Shown: positions 8,030-16,549 of the stretch, in pieces
Layout of the letters: each line of letters starts with the position of its first letter
Position numbering within the stretch: the stretch's first letter is position 1
Virus record (IMG/VR): IMGVR_UViG_3300020171_000728
Location: 1-64,000 of that record
Reading direction: 5' to 3' (one strand)
DNA: 64,000 nucleotides
Source: a virus
Translations under genes and position numbers: made by a program
Notes under the pieces: generated by a model
The model's input: the letters and a program-made list of their open reading frames with translations, nothing else
What the model was told of the DNA's origin: nothing
Database searches by the model: none

Positions 8030-9118
8030 TTGAAAATAAAATGTAATCAAAAACAATTAAATATCGGTCTCGGTATGGTGAAGAATATTGTTGGAAAAAA
8101 TATACCAATATTGGGCTGTATATTGCTTTCCGCTAGTAATAATAAGTTACAACTTGCGACTACTAACCTTGAGATATACATGCAACATTCTCTATCTGCT
8201 GAAATTGAAAAAGAAGGACAAATAGCAATTCCGACTAAATTATTAAGTGATTTCGTAGAAAAATTACCAGATGGGGATATACACTTAGAACTTAATAAAG
8301 ATATTCTTGAAATAAAGTGTAAAGGATTTAAATCCAAAATCAATGGATTAGATGCGAAAAATTTCCCAGTTGTACCAGAAGAGCCTACAAGTGAATTTGT
8401 AAGTATGAAGAATAATATACTTAAAGATGCATTACAGAAAGTTGTAAATATGGCATCAAAATCAGAAGCAAGACCAGAAATTGGCGGTATCTTTGTTAAT
8501 TCTAAAGAAGGAATAATCAATTTTGTGGCAACTGATAGTTTTAGATTGAGCGAACAAAGCATTGAATCATCTGTTAATCTTGGCTCATTTATCTTGCCAC
8601 AGCAATCAACTTACGAACTAATAAAAATATTAAATACGAATGAAGATAAAGAAATAAAAATATTTTTAACTTCAGGTCAAGCATTATTTGACAATGGAAA
8701 TACTCAATTATTTGCTAGATTAATAGATGGGCAGTATCCAGATTACAAAGGCATTATCCCTAAAGATTTCCAAGCGAATATTGTTGTTGATAGAAATGAC
8801 TTAATAAATAATATCACAATCGCAAGCCTATTTAGTGAAAAAACAAATGAAATTGAATTAGATATAGATTCAAATCAATCAATAATAAAAGTGAGTTCTG
8901 CTAGTTCTGACAAGGGACAAAATGAATCTGAATTAAAAGCAGATATAGACGGCATATCTTCAAAAATATATTTTAACTATCAATATATTTTAGATGGATT
9001 AAATAATATATTTAGTGATAAAGTGAATATATCTATTGAGAAAGATTCACTTAAAACAATAATTTCACCTATTGGTGATAAAAGTTATATATATTTAGCG
9101 ATGCCATTAAAGAAATAA
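8030..9118 (+). CDS. dnaN: DNA polymerase III beta subunit (sliding clamp)
   Basis: TTG start; conserved DnaN blocks ATDSFRLS, QYPDYKGIIP, FNYQYILDGL and C-terminal AMPL; 362 aa. Confidence 0.8.
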   Translation: MKIKCNQKQLNIGLGMVKNIVGKNIPILGCILLSASNNKLQLATTNLEIYMQHSLSAEIEKEGQIAIPTKLLSDFVEKLPDGDIHLELNKDILEIKCKGFKSKINGLDAKNFPVVPEEPTSEFVSMKNNILKDALQKVVNMASKSEARPEIGGIFVNSKEGIINFVATDSFRLSEQSIESSVNLGSFILPQQSTYELIKILNTNEDKEIKIFLTSGQALFDNGNTQLFARLIDGQYPDYKGIIPKDFQANIVVDRNDLINNITIASLFSEKTNEIELDIDSNQSIIKVSSASSDKGQNESELKADIDGISSKIYFNYQYILDGLNNIFSDKVNISIEKDSLKTIISPIGDKSYIYLAMPLKK

Positions 9119-9126
9119 GCAATAAT

Positions 9127-9154
9127 AAAAAGCCTCTAAAAATGAGGCTTTTTA
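9127..9154. terminator. bidirectional rho-independent terminator
   Basis: AAAA-AGCCTC-TAAAAAT-GAGGCT-TTTTT between convergent dnaN (+) and the holin-like gene (-). Confidence 0.7.
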
Positions 9155-9166
9155 TTATTCTTATAA

Positions 9167-9466
9167 CTATCCTCGCAATCCATTGAGAATAGCCATCACA
9201 GGGGCTTGTAGTCCCTTCAAAACGGTCTTGAAGACACCATATGTAGCTGTCAAACTTAATACAAAGAAACCTACAAAATCAACAAATCCACTAATTTCTA
9301 CATTTTCAAATACAAACACATAAAAAGAAACAGATAACAGAGTAACAACAAATGCTGTGATTTGTTTTCTCAAATCTGTTTTTGCCAATGTAGGAATGAG
9401 CTTAAATAATTCTACGACAATCGAAGATATTACACCGATTATCGCTACTGGAATAATAATATCCAT
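9167..9466 (-). CDS. small membrane protein, holin candidate
   Basis: 99 aa with 2-3 predicted TM helices, immediately downstream of a CHAP-domain lysin gene. Confidence 0.4.
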   Translation of the reverse strand: MDIIIPVAIIGVISSIVVELFKLIPTLAKTDLRKQITAFVVTLLSVSFYVFVFENVEISGFVDFVGFFVLSLTATYGVFKTVLKGLQAPVMAILNGLRG

Positions 9467-9513
9467 TTTTTTGTCCTTTCCTAATTTTTATTCGACCTTT
9501 TAAAATTTGAATC

Positions 9514-10074
9514 CTAATAAATAAATCCTATAACATTCCAATCTAATGGCAATATTCGTTTTGTGACAATTCCAAATCCTGTGACATTCTGTTCAATTAC
9601 AGTGAATGAATCTTCTGTTATTTCTAAAACATAAGCAACATGCCCATATGGATGTTTTACATCTTCAACCATTATAGCATTCTTCCTGGGTATATTCCCA
9701 GTCGCAAAATCAGCATCTAGTGCTTTTTCCAACCACGTTTCTGCGTTTCCTGTCCATGGGACATCACGATAATATCTTACTAATCCTGTGCAATAGCCAT
9801 TTTCAATTTGACCTACTGGTTCTTCTTTTTGAGCAATAATCGCCCCGAGAATACTGTGTTGTGGTAATGGCATTGTTTCCTGTGAAACCTCAAGTTGCAT
9901 TCTATAAATTTCATTAAATGAATCTACAGAATTTTCAATGTAGTTGCTCGCATTGTCGGAATGTATTGGACAAATTAAGAAAAAAAGAATCAATAAGTAT
10001 TTGGATAGTTTTGTACGAATAAATAAATCTCCACATCGTAAATTATAGAATTTACGAGATAATATGTCAAGCAA
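9514..10074 (-). CDS. CHAP-domain peptidoglycan hydrolase (endolysin candidate) with N-terminal hydrophobic segment
   Basis: Cys (GYCTGLVRYY) and His (HPYGHVAYV) spaced as in CHAP amidases/peptidases. Confidence 0.55.
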   Translation of the reverse strand: MLDILSRKFYNLRCGDLFIRTKLSKYLLILFFLICPIHSDNASNYIENSVDSFNEIYRMQLEVSQETMPLPQHSILGAIIAQKEEPVGQIENGYCTGLVRYYRDVPWTGNAETWLEKALDADFATGNIPRKNAIMVEDVKHPYGHVAYVLEITEDSFTVIEQNVTGFGIVTKRILPLDWNVIGFIY

Positions 10075-10076
10075 AT

Positions 10077-11165
10077 TTATTGATTATTAATGAGTTTAAA
10101 TGTTCTAGCGAAATTCACTATTCTGATAAGTTGTTTTCTCTCATCGCTTGCTCCGACTTGTTCTCTAATTTGTTTTTCGGATTTATCAGTAAATGATTGA
10201 ATTTCTTGTTCTGTAGCTTCTCGACAGAGCAACTCATGATGAATATTAATAATAAGATTTTTCTTTTCTTGTGTCATACTAGTTATATTTGGCTGATCAT
10301 ACAGAAAAGTAATATTGAATAATGGTTGCCCATAATTCTCGAACCACTTGCCTGTACCATCTTCACCAAAGTCATCTCCATATGAATTAATATATTTAAT
10401 ATATCTTAATCCATTATTTGGGTCAATTCCATATCCGCAAAAATAAATACAATGTCTTCCGTATCCCGAAACAAATCCACCGAATTGCCAAATGATTTGT
10501 CTGACATCTTCCCAGTTTTGTTCAGTCATAGGAAACAATGTTGGAAGTGCAACATATTTTCTTGATTTATATGTTGATGCGTTTTTTATACTTTCTGGGG
10601 TTTGCTTTTTCTCTCTCATAAAATCTTCATCTGGATTTCCTGTATTATATCTTGTTTTTTCGGGATATGAAGGTATAAATGTTTCTTCACAAACGCCCTT
10701 ATTCACAACTATATCAGCACCTGACCTTATAAATGCCCCACCATCTGGCAACAAATAAATCTGTGAGTAAATATCTTTAGCTGATAAATCTTTTAATAAT
10801 TGCAAAACTTCTTTATTGGTTGTTTCAAGTTTTGCAAATTCATAAAATTCTTGTCTATTTGGTTTTCTATCATATTCCTTAACAAATGAATTTTCAATCA
10901 TTTCGATAATATCAATGGCTTCAGCATATTTAGCCCATCCTTGCCCGCAGCAACTAAGGCTAGATCCCTGGTGCTCTCTTTTAAATCTTATTCTGATGGA
11001 TTTTTCAACATCAAAACCATCCTCAAATGAAGGACAATTTTTATCAGGAACATATGCAATATCACCCAATGTGATATCTCGACTATCTGTGGGGTTTTCG
11101 TAACACCCACAATATCCTTTTTGATATTCTTTTGGAACTGGGTTTAACATTTTTTTCTCTCCCAT
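10077..11165 (-). CDS. hypothetical protein, possible papain-like cysteine peptidase
   Basis: QGSSLSCCGQGWA resembles the C1 peptidase active-site Cys context; otherwise unassigned. Confidence 0.3.
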   Translation of the reverse strand: MGEKKMLNPVPKEYQKGYCGCYENPTDSRDITLGDIAYVPDKNCPSFEDGFDVEKSIRIRFKREHQGSSLSCCGQGWAKYAEAIDIIEMIENSFVKEYDRKPNRQEFYEFAKLETTNKEVLQLLKDLSAKDIYSQIYLLPDGGAFIRSGADIVVNKGVCEETFIPSYPEKTRYNTGNPDEDFMREKKQTPESIKNASTYKSRKYVALPTLFPMTEQNWEDVRQIIWQFGGFVSGYGRHCIYFCGYGIDPNNGLRYIKYINSYGDDFGEDGTGKWFENYGQPLFNITFLYDQPNITSMTQEKKNLIINIHHELLCREATEQEIQSFTDKSEKQIREQVGASDERKQLIRIVNFARTFKLINNQ

Positions 11166-11195
11166 TAAGTTGACTGTAAACTGTTAATCTTTCTT

Positions 11196-11423
11196 TTATT
11201 CTTTTGCTTGTGCCCCCTGGTGCACTTCATTCGAAATGGACTTGTCCATTTCCTTTTTTCCATCAATTAATTCTTTAAGCATTTCTTCTTTGCCTTGCAT
11301 CTTAACAATTTCATTTGTAAGTTGATTCCGCATATTCTCAATATTTTGTAATTCTTGAATTTTTCTATTAATTAATTCTTTTATTTCTTTTTGTTTTGTT
11401 TCTAAATTTTTATTTTGTTCCAT
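11196..11423 (-). CDS. small coiled-coil protein (start at internal Met)
   Basis: MEQNKNLETKQKEIKELINRKIQELQNIENMRNQL...; the AAAGGTCGAAAGAAATAAT motif lies 24 nt upstream of this ATG, inside the listed longer ORF. Confidence 0.3.
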   Translation of the reverse strand: MEQNKNLETKQKEIKELINRKIQELQNIENMRNQLTNEIVKMQGKEEMLKELIDGKKEMDKSISNEVHQGAQAKE

Positions 11424-11488
11424 ATTTTTATTTTTTATATTATTTCTTTCGACCTTTACCAATAGATGCCATAATAATTCTATGCAAT

Positions 11489-14400
11489 TTATAATGTATA
11501 CCAACTTCCTCCAGCTTTACCTCTGAATTGACCCAATGCTGTATCATAATATATTGTTCCATCTGGGACACTAGCAGGAGCAGAAGCCAATTGAAGAAGA
11601 CTAAATGGTTTTAAAGTTCTTAAGTTACCAACCCCACCATCTGCTAACATTGGAACTCCACCCCATGCAATACTAGCACCTGTATTTTTAATATCAAAAG
11701 AACCAGTATATAAATGAAAATCACCATTGACATTTAGTGCTGCAGTAGTTCCAGCTGGCGAATTAATACTAACCTTGGTTGGTGTAATTGTTAATGCGTT
11801 TGAAGTGCTTGAGTGATGGTCGCTAGCCCCAATACTTGTATGAGAAGCATGTGTATGACTTTGAGCGTGGTGTGCGTTTACATTTCCTACATGAGCTACA
11901 ATGTCTGTGCCATCTACTGTGCCATCTACTACAATATTGCCAGAAAGATAAAGATGTTGCCATTTTGCTGTTGATTTTCCTAAATCTGTAGCAGTGGCTG
12001 GATAACAGACTCCCTCTGAAATATATACTATTGTCGAATTTATTCCATCGGCTTTCCATGCTCCTAACTGAAGATAAGGGTCTGCTGCTGGTGGATCAGT
12101 AGCTATTATCCAAGCAATTTCAGCTGGAGATGCAAGATTTTCAAACCAATGGATCCCCCTATCAGCTGCAGCAATTTCTATATATTCATCTTCTGAAACA
12201 TCATAAGCAATCATTTTATGACTCCATCCACTAGAATTTAATTCAATTCTATCTCCAGAAGATGCTGTTTTAAATACTGTACCTATAAAAGTTCCAGCAG
12301 TAATAGTGCCAAATGTCCCATATGCTGCCGCAAGTTCTCCTGAAAAATATGCACTTCCTGTTGTAGCATCAATAGAAAAAGTGGTTGCACCAGCAGTTGC
12401 TCCAATAATCCCCTTACGATACACAGCAACACCAGATCCACTAGTAATTGCGCCAGTAGATGTATCCCATGCAATATCACCAGCTTTTAATGCCCCAGCA
12501 TAGTTAGTAGTTCCAAAATCAAAATCTGATAGTATTTTTTTGGTAGCAGTGTTCATTCTGGCATTTATAACATCTTTAATAAGATTACTAGATGAATCAA
12601 AACCATTAATTGCTAGCATTCCCCCCACAGCACCACTACTACTTCCACTTAAAGTAGAAAGATTTGTAACTATTTCAACTTCAGAAGATGTATCGGTAGT
12701 TGGCTCTAAATCTGTTAAGATTATTTGGTTTTCAGCACTTAAATAGATTTCATAAGCATCTCCATTTGCAACACCATTGGGAACAGATGGTGAAAAAGTA
12801 ATAGTATCTGTGATAGCGACAAAATCAGTGATAGTTCTGATTAGTCCAGCATTATTACCACTTCTAAATTTAATTTCATAACCATTCCAATGGTCATCAA
12901 CTTCTGTTCTGACCGCATCAACCAATGTTGTAGTAGAGCCAGAATCGGCAGTTCCTGTAACATTTAAACTTCCAGTGCCTCTGTCATGGGTTTGTCGTAA
13001 TACAAATTTATGGATTTCATAAGGACAAACTGCATCTGTGGTATCAAAGGGGTCAGAAGAATCAATGTGGACAACACTTGGAGTATTTCTTGTGATAATA
13101 TGTTTTTCAGCACTTCCGCCAGATGGATTCACCCATAAAACATTGCCCTTATATGCATCACTATTTGAGCTCGTATTAGTTGAACTTACCATAAAGGAAT
13201 ATCCATCTGTCACGCTTCCTGTTCCAGTTTCAACCGCAGCACCACCAGTATCTTTTGTACACCAGCAATTCTTTTCATCAACATATAAATAATATTTATA
13301 TGCCGTATTCATAACCCCAGTGTTTCCACTAGCAATAACTCTTCGAACATCACTTGGTAGTGTAAATGTTCCAGCTGTCCAATTAACTTGTGTGCTTGCC
13401 GTATTAGTCGCTGGGGCGAATGACACATCTTCACTTACCCAATGTTGTACGCCAGAATGGATTCGCGTTCCATCAATTCTGCATAATATATCCCCAAACC
13501 ATCTAAGTTGTTTATCTACATATTCTCTATCGGTTTCGACTTGAGTTGTTAAATCTGGTCGAGGTGTTGCTAATTCTAAAACTGCCTCATGCTCTCTTAG
13601 TATTATTTTCTGAATAATCATTCTATTTGGAAATAATGTAGTATCTTTAATATCTCGGATGTTCACAACCTGCCCAGGTTCAAATGTTAAAATATCGTAA
13701 TGAGCATCAGAAACAATTACACTTGCCTCAGCTTTGGCATCTTTATTTTCTTTTAATCTAGCATCAGCATATAAAGTAGCCTGTGTGTCTGTTGTGAGTT
13801 GTGTGTCAGTTATGCGGTCTGCTACAATATCATAGTTTGTTTGTGAGGTTGAATCTTCTTTTATTAAGCGAACTCTTTCACCCTCCACTCCTTTTTCATT
13901 CCAAAAGAAAACCTTATTAACAACTCCTTCAATATTTTTTCTCATTTCCAAACTAATAAGATGTTTATTTAAGAATAATGTATGGTCAGCAGTAGTAGAT
14001 AATTTTTTTATTTTAAATTTTCCTTCGTCGTTAATCCACCAATACCAGAATGCATTAGCGGTATCATTCTTAGGTAAAAACTTGGCAATTTCTCTGATTG
14101 ATTCTAAATGTTTTAAATTGAAATATCTATATGGTATTGAACCAATAGTTGATGTATCTTCTACATAATTCGTATCGGGGCTAGCTCCACCAGGGAAATA
14201 AGTTGTGGCAGCAATCATCGATGGAGCGTAACTACTATGTAATGTATTAATGCTATCTCTATAATGGTCAACTATTGTTTTAATATGGTTATCTATGTCA
14301 TTTAAAGAAACTTCATAGGCTAAATCCGAACCAGTTCTAAGATAGTCATTACTAAGTTTTGAAATAGCACCAAGGCAAGTAACACCAGATTGTTCTTGAT

Positions 14401-14950
14401 TTTCTTGTATGATTGGGTCAATGCTAACTATATAACCATAATATACCAATCTAGGAGTATGGCTATATTTGTTTTTAAAATAAATTTTAATCTTTTTATT
14501 GAAATCTATATCACTAGATAATTCATCAATTTTTTGAGCGAATATTAAAGTTAATGGCCCAGAGCCACCAAATAATGTTTTTTCAATATTAATTTCACCA
14601 GTAATTTCTGTAAGAGTTCTAATATATACATTAGAAGCATTATATAGTTTATAAATAACTTGGTTTGGTGCTGGAGATGGACTTGGGCTTGGAGAAGGGC
14701 TTATAGATGGTGATATAGATGAGCTGATACTTGGAGATAATGATGGGCTTAAAGAGGAAGATAAACTTGGAGATAAAGAAGGAGATATTGACACACTGGG
14801 TGATACTGATGGAGAAATGCTTGGGGACAAACTTACACTTGGGCTTGTTGATGGACTGATAGATGGTGACAATGAAGAACTTGGAGATACAGACAGTGAT
14901 ATGCTCGGACTTATGCTTGGTGATATTGATGGTGATAAACTGATGGCCAT
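11489..14950 (-). CDS. tail fibre / receptor-binding protein with N-terminal about 100-aa SPS[ILV] repeat
   Basis: 1153 aa; follows the tape measure and distal tail genes; Ser/Thr/Gly-rich beta-type C-terminal repeats; N-terminus shares the SPSISPS repeat with the 1919-aa protein. Confidence 0.6.
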   Translation of the reverse strand: MAISLSPSISPSISPSISLSVSPSSSLSPSISPSTSPSVSLSPSISPSVSPSVSISPSLSPSLSSSLSPSLSPSISSSISPSISPSPSPSPSPAPNQVIYKLYNASNVYIRTLTEITGEINIEKTLFGGSGPLTLIFAQKIDELSSDIDFNKKIKIYFKNKYSHTPRLVYYGYIVSIDPIIQENQEQSGVTCLGAISKLSNDYLRTGSDLAYEVSLNDIDNHIKTIVDHYRDSINTLHSSYAPSMIAATTYFPGGASPDTNYVEDTSTIGSIPYRYFNLKHLESIREIAKFLPKNDTANAFWYWWINDEGKFKIKKLSTTADHTLFLNKHLISLEMRKNIEGVVNKVFFWNEKGVEGERVRLIKEDSTSQTNYDIVADRITDTQLTTDTQATLYADARLKENKDAKAEASVIVSDAHYDILTFEPGQVVNIRDIKDTTLFPNRMIIQKIILREHEAVLELATPRPDLTTQVETDREYVDKQLRWFGDILCRIDGTRIHSGVQHWVSEDVSFAPATNTASTQVNWTAGTFTLPSDVRRVIASGNTGVMNTAYKYYLYVDEKNCWCTKDTGGAAVETGTGSVTDGYSFMVSSTNTSSNSDAYKGNVLWVNPSGGSAEKHIITRNTPSVVHIDSSDPFDTTDAVCPYEIHKFVLRQTHDRGTGSLNVTGTADSGSTTTLVDAVRTEVDDHWNGYEIKFRSGNNAGLIRTITDFVAITDTITFSPSVPNGVANGDAYEIYLSAENQIILTDLEPTTDTSSEVEIVTNLSTLSGSSSGAVGGMLAINGFDSSSNLIKDVINARMNTATKKILSDFDFGTTNYAGALKAGDIAWDTSTGAITSGSGVAVYRKGIIGATAGATTFSIDATTGSAYFSGELAAAYGTFGTITAGTFIGTVFKTASSGDRIELNSSGWSHKMIAYDVSEDEYIEIAAADRGIHWFENLASPAEIAWIIATDPPAADPYLQLGAWKADGINSTIVYISEGVCYPATATDLGKSTAKWQHLYLSGNIVVDGTVDGTDIVAHVGNVNAHHAQSHTHASHTSIGASDHHSSTSNALTITPTKVSINSPAGTTAALNVNGDFHLYTGSFDIKNTGASIAWGGVPMLADGGVGNLRTLKPFSLLQLASAPASVPDGTIYYDTALGQFRGKAGGSWYTL

Positions 14951-14963
14951 AATTTTTTATATA

Positions 14964-15755
14964 TTATAAATAAGTAGGATTTTCTAAAAATTCTTCTAAC
15001 TGTTCCTTGTTATTGTTTCTTTTTCCATATATTTTATGAAATTCTACATGTGCTTTTTCTGATAAAGTTATTCCATTGTCGATAGCAAAGCGAAGTTCTG
15101 GGTATTGAGCAAAGTTTTGTATGTGATGAGCATTTAATTTACTACCAATAGTTCCATACTTCTAACAAGTAAAACCATCTCTTGCAAATACTGCTTCTCG
15201 CCATAATCTATATTCTATACTGTTTCTAATTCTTAAATTTTCAGGAGTAATACAATTTTCCCCCTTCCAATGTGGGCTTTTATTTCCACGAGGCACATTG
15301 GCTTTAATATTTGCTTTATGTTCTGCTAAGAATTTTTTACCACTTAATGTTCGACTAACCTTTATTGAAATATTTTTTCTAAAACATGGGTCTTGCCATT
15401 TTTTTAACATTGTCTCACTAATTGCTTTTTTATGTTTATCTGATGTTTGAAAACCCTTTCTTGTATTATTAATGTTTCTTTCCCATCTTCCTATATTATT
15501 TTTAAAATAACAATCTTGACATAATCCACCACTTTTCTTTTTATTATAAGTTTGTCTTTCTTTGCCACATTTTATACATTTAATAATACGAGGACCACCT
15601 TTATAATTTGGATTTTTGAAACCATTATAGTCTCTATTTTGTGCAACTCTTTTCAAAGATTTCAACATCTTCTTGCGAATTTTTGGATTAGCCCATTGCT
15701 TTTTTGCTGCATTAACATAATTTATAGTATTTTTTACTTTTTGCCCTAATATCAT
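14964..15755 (-). CDS. HNH homing endonuclease interrupted by one in-frame TAG (pseudogene or stop-codon readthrough)
   Basis: The listed 197-aa ORF ends ...[11 protein letters not shown]; the same frame continues [17 protein letters not shown]...ENPTYL-TAA, completing an HNH motif (C..C....HH). Confidence 0.5.
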
Positions 15756-15767
15756 TGTAGTAAAATG

Positions 15768-16535
15768 TTATAGAAAATGGGGATTATAAGATATCTTCAA
15801 ATCATATTGAAATGCACCAGAATCTGTTATGGTCACTAAAAATGAATTTGTATTTGTTATAAATTCTGGGAAAACCCCAGTAAAGTCCACATTTATCCCA
15901 TCAACCTGAACAGTTTCATTTAAGCAATTAATTACTAAACTTTCGCTAACAGTAAAACTCCTACTAATTTGTATCCAATCACTGCTTGTTGTATTTTCAA
16001 ATTTGATTGCTGTCATATCTGTTTCCGAATCTATATCGACTGTTAATGTGGGAAATGGACCCATAGAACCAGTCATATTGATAGTGCTTGAATATGTTGC
16101 GGTTGTTTTATTAAGATAACTTTGACTACTTGTGGTTGGAGTTGTGCCCCAGGGTTCACATAAAAACTCAATAGTAAATGGAACTTGGCTTATATACCAT
16201 GCTTCTTCTGGGACATCCATTGATTGAACAGTAGCCTTATAACGAATAGTTCCACTACCATAATCAATATCTAAATTCTTTTCTTGTCCATGTATATTTT
16301 CTTTCATGGTGTCAATAGCTATTCTTAAATTTGCTGCCGTATCTGATTTAACCCATCCAGTAATAGTAATAATTTTTCGTGTAAAACGAGTATCTACAAC
16401 ATCAAAACTACCTCTTCTAAGGTTTGGTTTAGTGTCTAAAACTCTTTCGCCTATTTGTCTGTGGGTTATTGTCCTTGTTATGTAGGTAGAATCCTGAAGA
16501 TCAAATGAATTGTAACTTATGTTATTTATTGCCAT
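15768..16535 (-). CDS. distal tail protein (Dit-like), by position
   Basis: 255 aa immediately downstream of the tape measure gene. Confidence 0.35.
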   Translation of the reverse strand: MAINNISYNSFDLQDSTYITRTITHRQIGERVLDTKPNLRRGSFDVVDTRFTRKIITITGWVKSDTAANLRIAIDTMKENIHGQEKNLDIDYGSGTIRYKATVQSMDVPEEAWYISQVPFTIEFLCEPWGTTPTTSSQSYLNKTTATYSSTINMTGSMGPFPTLTVDIDSETDMTAIKFENTTSSDWIQISRSFTVSESLVINCLNETVQVDGINVDFTGVFPEFITNTNSFLVTITDSGAFQYDLKISYNPHFL

Positions 16536-16549
16536 ATTTTTTTATATTA

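Noticed and set aside
8047-8562. 171-aa minus-strand ORF
   Set aside because: Antisense to the well-supported dnaN gene, with no motifs
11424-11504. N-terminal extension of ORF 11196..11504
   Set aside because: Contains the conserved AAAGGTCGAAAGAAATAAT upstream motif. The internal Met 24 nt downstream of it is the likely start
12306-13544. Several 65-85-aa plus-strand ORFs
   Set aside because: They lie inside and antisense to the 1153-aa tail fibre gene, whose Ala/Thr/Gly-rich DNA generates open antisense frames
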